A stretch of 39,763 bases of DNA from Chiloscyllium plagiosum (lineage: Eukaryota): positions 107,124,062 through 107,163,824 of the forward strand of contig NC_057717.1 of the NCBI RefSeq assembly GCF_004010195.1, read 5' to 3'. The translations under genes and the position numbers were made by a program. The notes under the pieces were generated by a model. It ran no database searches. It was not told the origin of the DNA and saw only the letters and a list, made by a program, of their open reading frames with translations. Positions 36,687-39,763 of the stretch are shown one piece after another (position 1 is the first letter of the stretch; each line of letters starts with the position of its first letter).

Positions 36687-37256
36687 TCAATTAAACACTT
36701 AATGCCAAAGTTTGCAAAAAGATGGTAAAATGATAATATAAAAGGCCTGTATCTGACAAAGCACACTATTTGTGACAAGGTCAACAAATGAGTGACATCT
36801 CCACCGATAAAAATCAATGTGTATGATAGGGACATCATTGCTGGGTAACCAGATTTGTGAACTGAATATTGACTCCTTGATAAGATAGGAAGCTACAAAA
36901 CTGGTGGGGTAGCTTTGTAAATTAAGGATATAGTACAATAGTGAGAGGCAACTGTTTCCTAACAGTAGTTAACTGCAGGACATGGTATAAAGGGAAAAAT
37001 GAAGAGGGCACATACAAACAATACCTCAATACAGTAATCAGGATGACTTTAGTCTACATGTGGATGGGAAAATCAGATAAAGCTCGTGGAGTGTATTTGG
37101 GACACTTTCTTTGCGGAATGGGCAAAAGAAAGTAAGAAAATGATGGAGGGAAAAAAAAGATATTTTGTGCCAGTCCTCACTGGTAGATTTTTGACAAAAA
37201 CTCTCAAAATTACTCAAAATTCAAGAGGTGAGTCAGAACTTAATAGAATAACCATC

Positions 37257-37605
37257 ACCATAGAATTTGTACAATGTGGAAGGAGGCCATTTAGCCCATC
37301 GAGTCCACATCAACTTTCCGAAGAGCAACCCACCTAGATCCCCACCATATCCCATAACCCCACATCTCCCATGACTAATCCACCTAGCCTGCAAACCCCT
37401 GAACACAATGGGCAATTTAACGTGACCAATCCACCAACCTGCACATATTTGGAATGTGGCAGGAAACCGAGCATCCAGAGGAAACCCACACAGACACAGG
37501 GAGAACATGCAAATTCCACACAGACAGTCGGCTGAGGGTGGAATCAAACCCAGGTCCCTGGTGCTGAGAGGCAGCAGTGCTAATCGCTGAACCATCACAC
37601 CACCC
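37257..37605 (-). mobile_element. tRNA-derived V-SINE (HE1-like)
   Basis: Reverse complement resembles 34416-34762 (gaggaaacccacacagacacagggagaacatgcaaattccacacagacag). Confidence 0.88.
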
Positions 37606-37689
37606 ACCAGGGAAAAGGCTAAACCGTAAACAAATCCCAGAAACAGTTGCCTGCACCCTGTTGTCTTAAAAGAAATGAATGCAAAGATG

Positions 37690-38120
37690 GGGGACAGACT
37701 GTAACCTTCCAAAATTCCTTAGGTTCGGGAAGGGTCCCAGCTGCTTTGGACAACAGTTAATGTATCAATTCCAGTGAAAAAAGGAGAGAGAGACACCAAG
37801 CAAGAAACTATATCCAGTTAGTTTAACATCAGTCATGGGGAAACTGCTAGGATCCATTACTGAGTTTACTTCAAAAACTTTGTGAAATGTAAATTATTAA
37901 TCAATTTATTAGAGGTAAGGAAATAACAAACAAGGTGGATAAAGGGTAATCTGTAGATTTGTTGTTCTTGGATTTTTAAAAGGCAAGAGTCCTGAGTTTA
38001 TAGAGGGGAGGACTGGAAAGTAGAGTTGAGAGTACAATCAGAATAACCTTGATCTTATTGGTTAGTAGCATAGGTTCAAAGGGTCGAATGGCCTACTTCT
38101 GCTCCTAATTTTTATGTTTA
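37690..38120 (+). mobile_element. Decayed, internally deleted CR1 fragment
   Basis: NY.PV.LTSV.GKLL and FLDF*KA-like remnants plus tail gggtcgaatggcctacttctgctcctaat. Confidence 0.6.
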
Positions 38121-38280
38121 CATAGCTCCGATGCTGAAATGTCCACAACACTGAACTCAAGTTTGTAACACTTCCCCTGCTCCACTAATATAGGCGCAAT
38201 ATATATTTGTTCATTTACCTAGAAACACTAACAAACAGTTAAACAAATGGACAGCAGCTACAACACAGAAACAGCCAATT

Positions 38281-38600
38281 TGGCTGACACTCCAGTACAA
38301 TAGTAAGGGAGTGCTGTACCTCTGGAGGTATTGTCTTTCAGTCAGGTCCCGACTGCATAGTAGCTCCCTCGGGCGAACGCAAGAAATCCCACGGTGCTAT
38401 TTCTTAAAGAGCAGGAGAGTTCTCCGCAGGTTTCAATATCTATCCTTCAATCCACACTGGAGCAGATTTATCATATTGGTCGTTAGTGCACTGTTGCTTG
38501 TGGGATCTTACTATGCACAAAATGACTTGTGTGCTTTATGCACCACAACAGCAACCACACTTTAAGCAGGATTTTTTTGAGTGTAAATTACTCTGAGACC
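38281..38600 (+). mobile_element. Deu-domain SINE (SacSINE1/AmnSINE-like), degenerate
   Basis: gctgacactccagt...agggagtgctg...gtcttt...aatcccacgg.gctatt..aagagcaggagagttctcc...ttgcttgtgggatctt.ct.tgcacaa. Confidence 0.7.
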
Positions 38601-38819
38601 GAGACAAATTAATATCTCTGACACACATCGAGTGCGGCTCTGTGTTAGCCTTGTGTTCCTTGTGATAGGATTCATATACTTTGTCGCTTGCTGCATGTTG
38701 TCACTGAGTACAGCTGTTACACCTCAACAATCACACCACAATAACAATCTCTGGTGTTTCCATCCCATATTCATCGCATTAGCTCTCATATGAGGGAAAC
38801 TCATATGACAGCTTGACTG

Positions 38820-38953
38820 TCAAGGGGATCAAGGATTATGGGGAGAAAGCGGGACAATGGGGTTGAGAAACTTATCAGCCATGATTGAATGGCGGAGCTG
38901 ACTCAATGGGCTGAATGGCCTAATTTCTGCTCCTATGTCTTATGGTCTTATGG
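38820..38953 (+). mobile_element. CR1 3' tail
   Basis: atgggctgaatggcctaatttctgctcctatgtcttatggtcttatgg. Confidence 0.8.
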
Positions 38954-39626
38954 CTCACTTGGATGAAGAGTCACAGCATTAACTATTTATGCAATCTGTC
39001 CCTAGTGGAGTTAGCATCTTCTGAAGGAAGGGGAGATCATGAGAGAAAGAAACGTTCATATAAGAAAGATAGCTAAACCTGGAATGCTAAGTGATTAAAG
39101 TTACCAGGAGTTACTTAGGTGTGAAGGATGATACAGACATTGATACCCAAGATCAGTACTCATCTGCTTTACAGAACTGCTGCTAAACCGGCTGTATATG
39201 CAACACACCTACCATTGCACTTTAACATGTTACCCAATCCCTATCACCAAACAGGATGTCATCAACAAATGACTTCAACATTAAGCTATTTTTGCCTGAC
39301 ATTTGTCAGCCCCAAACAAACAACCTTTCTATTTCTGGGCCTATAGTTAACGAATGTGAGGATTTAATTCTGAGTAAACGAGTTGACTGAAACATGTTTA
39401 AAGCTAAGGCTAGAAACTGAACACAACACAGAACTTCAACAAAGAGTGCCATTAATGGAGATGACAAAACTAGTTGCACAGAAAGCTGGAAGCTTTCTCA
39501 GATTGAAACACAACAGGTCTGATTTCCACATGGCAGGCATGTTATTTGAAGATGGAGGAATTCCAGACACTATGTGTGTTACTGCATATTTCTGAAACCT
39601 TGTGTCACTCTCAAGGTGCCACTCAG

Positions 39627-39763
39627 GTAAAAACAATGACTGCAGATGCTGGAAACCAGACTCTGGAGTAGAGTGGTGCTGGAAAAGCACAGCAGTTCAG
39701 GCAGCATCCGAGGAGCAGGAAAATCGACGTTTCAGGCAAAAGCCCTTCATCAGGAATACAGGC
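39627..39763 (-). mobile_element. Family-B Penelope-like terminal repeat with intact hammerhead core at 39724-39756; runs off the window end
   Basis: Minus strand: ttc CTGATGA aGGGCttttGCCT GAAAC GTC ga; homologous to 17140-17270. Confidence 0.82.

Noticed and set aside
34889..36838. Extensin-like (YTAPKPSV)n and Trp/Gly-rich long ORFs
   Set aside because: A stop-free 24-bp minisatellite with internal frameshifts; no evidence of coding.
38785..38808. Repeated palindrome ctcatatgag...ctcatatga
   Set aside because: Too short to distinguish from a chance micro-duplication.

Overview
Eukaryotic genomic DNA from a cartilaginous fish, probably a carpet/bamboo shark judging by the repeat families. 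It has five assembly gaps. The only host coding sequence I can support is two + strand exons of a cAMP phosphodiesterase PDE4 gene, closest to PDE4A (6114-6207, 7020-7201). Upstream of them lies a short repeat-free island with a perfect CRE and a candidate super-short-isoform first exon. The rest reads as intron filled with CR1, L2, Rex1 and Tx1/L1 LINE fragments, V-SINE and Deu-SINE copies, and four minisatellites. The main hidden structure is a set of about 14 minimal hammerhead-ribozyme motifs (CUGANGA...GAAA) in four sequence families, all inside Penelope-like elements. Most of these are head-to-head palindromic insertions with clear target-site duplications, including tiny (about 180-215 bp) non-coding hairpin inserts. 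Also notable are a 141-bp local inverted duplication fused to a CR1 5' end (possible template switch) and a 33-bp minisatellite that appears to have expanded out of a Deu-SINE.
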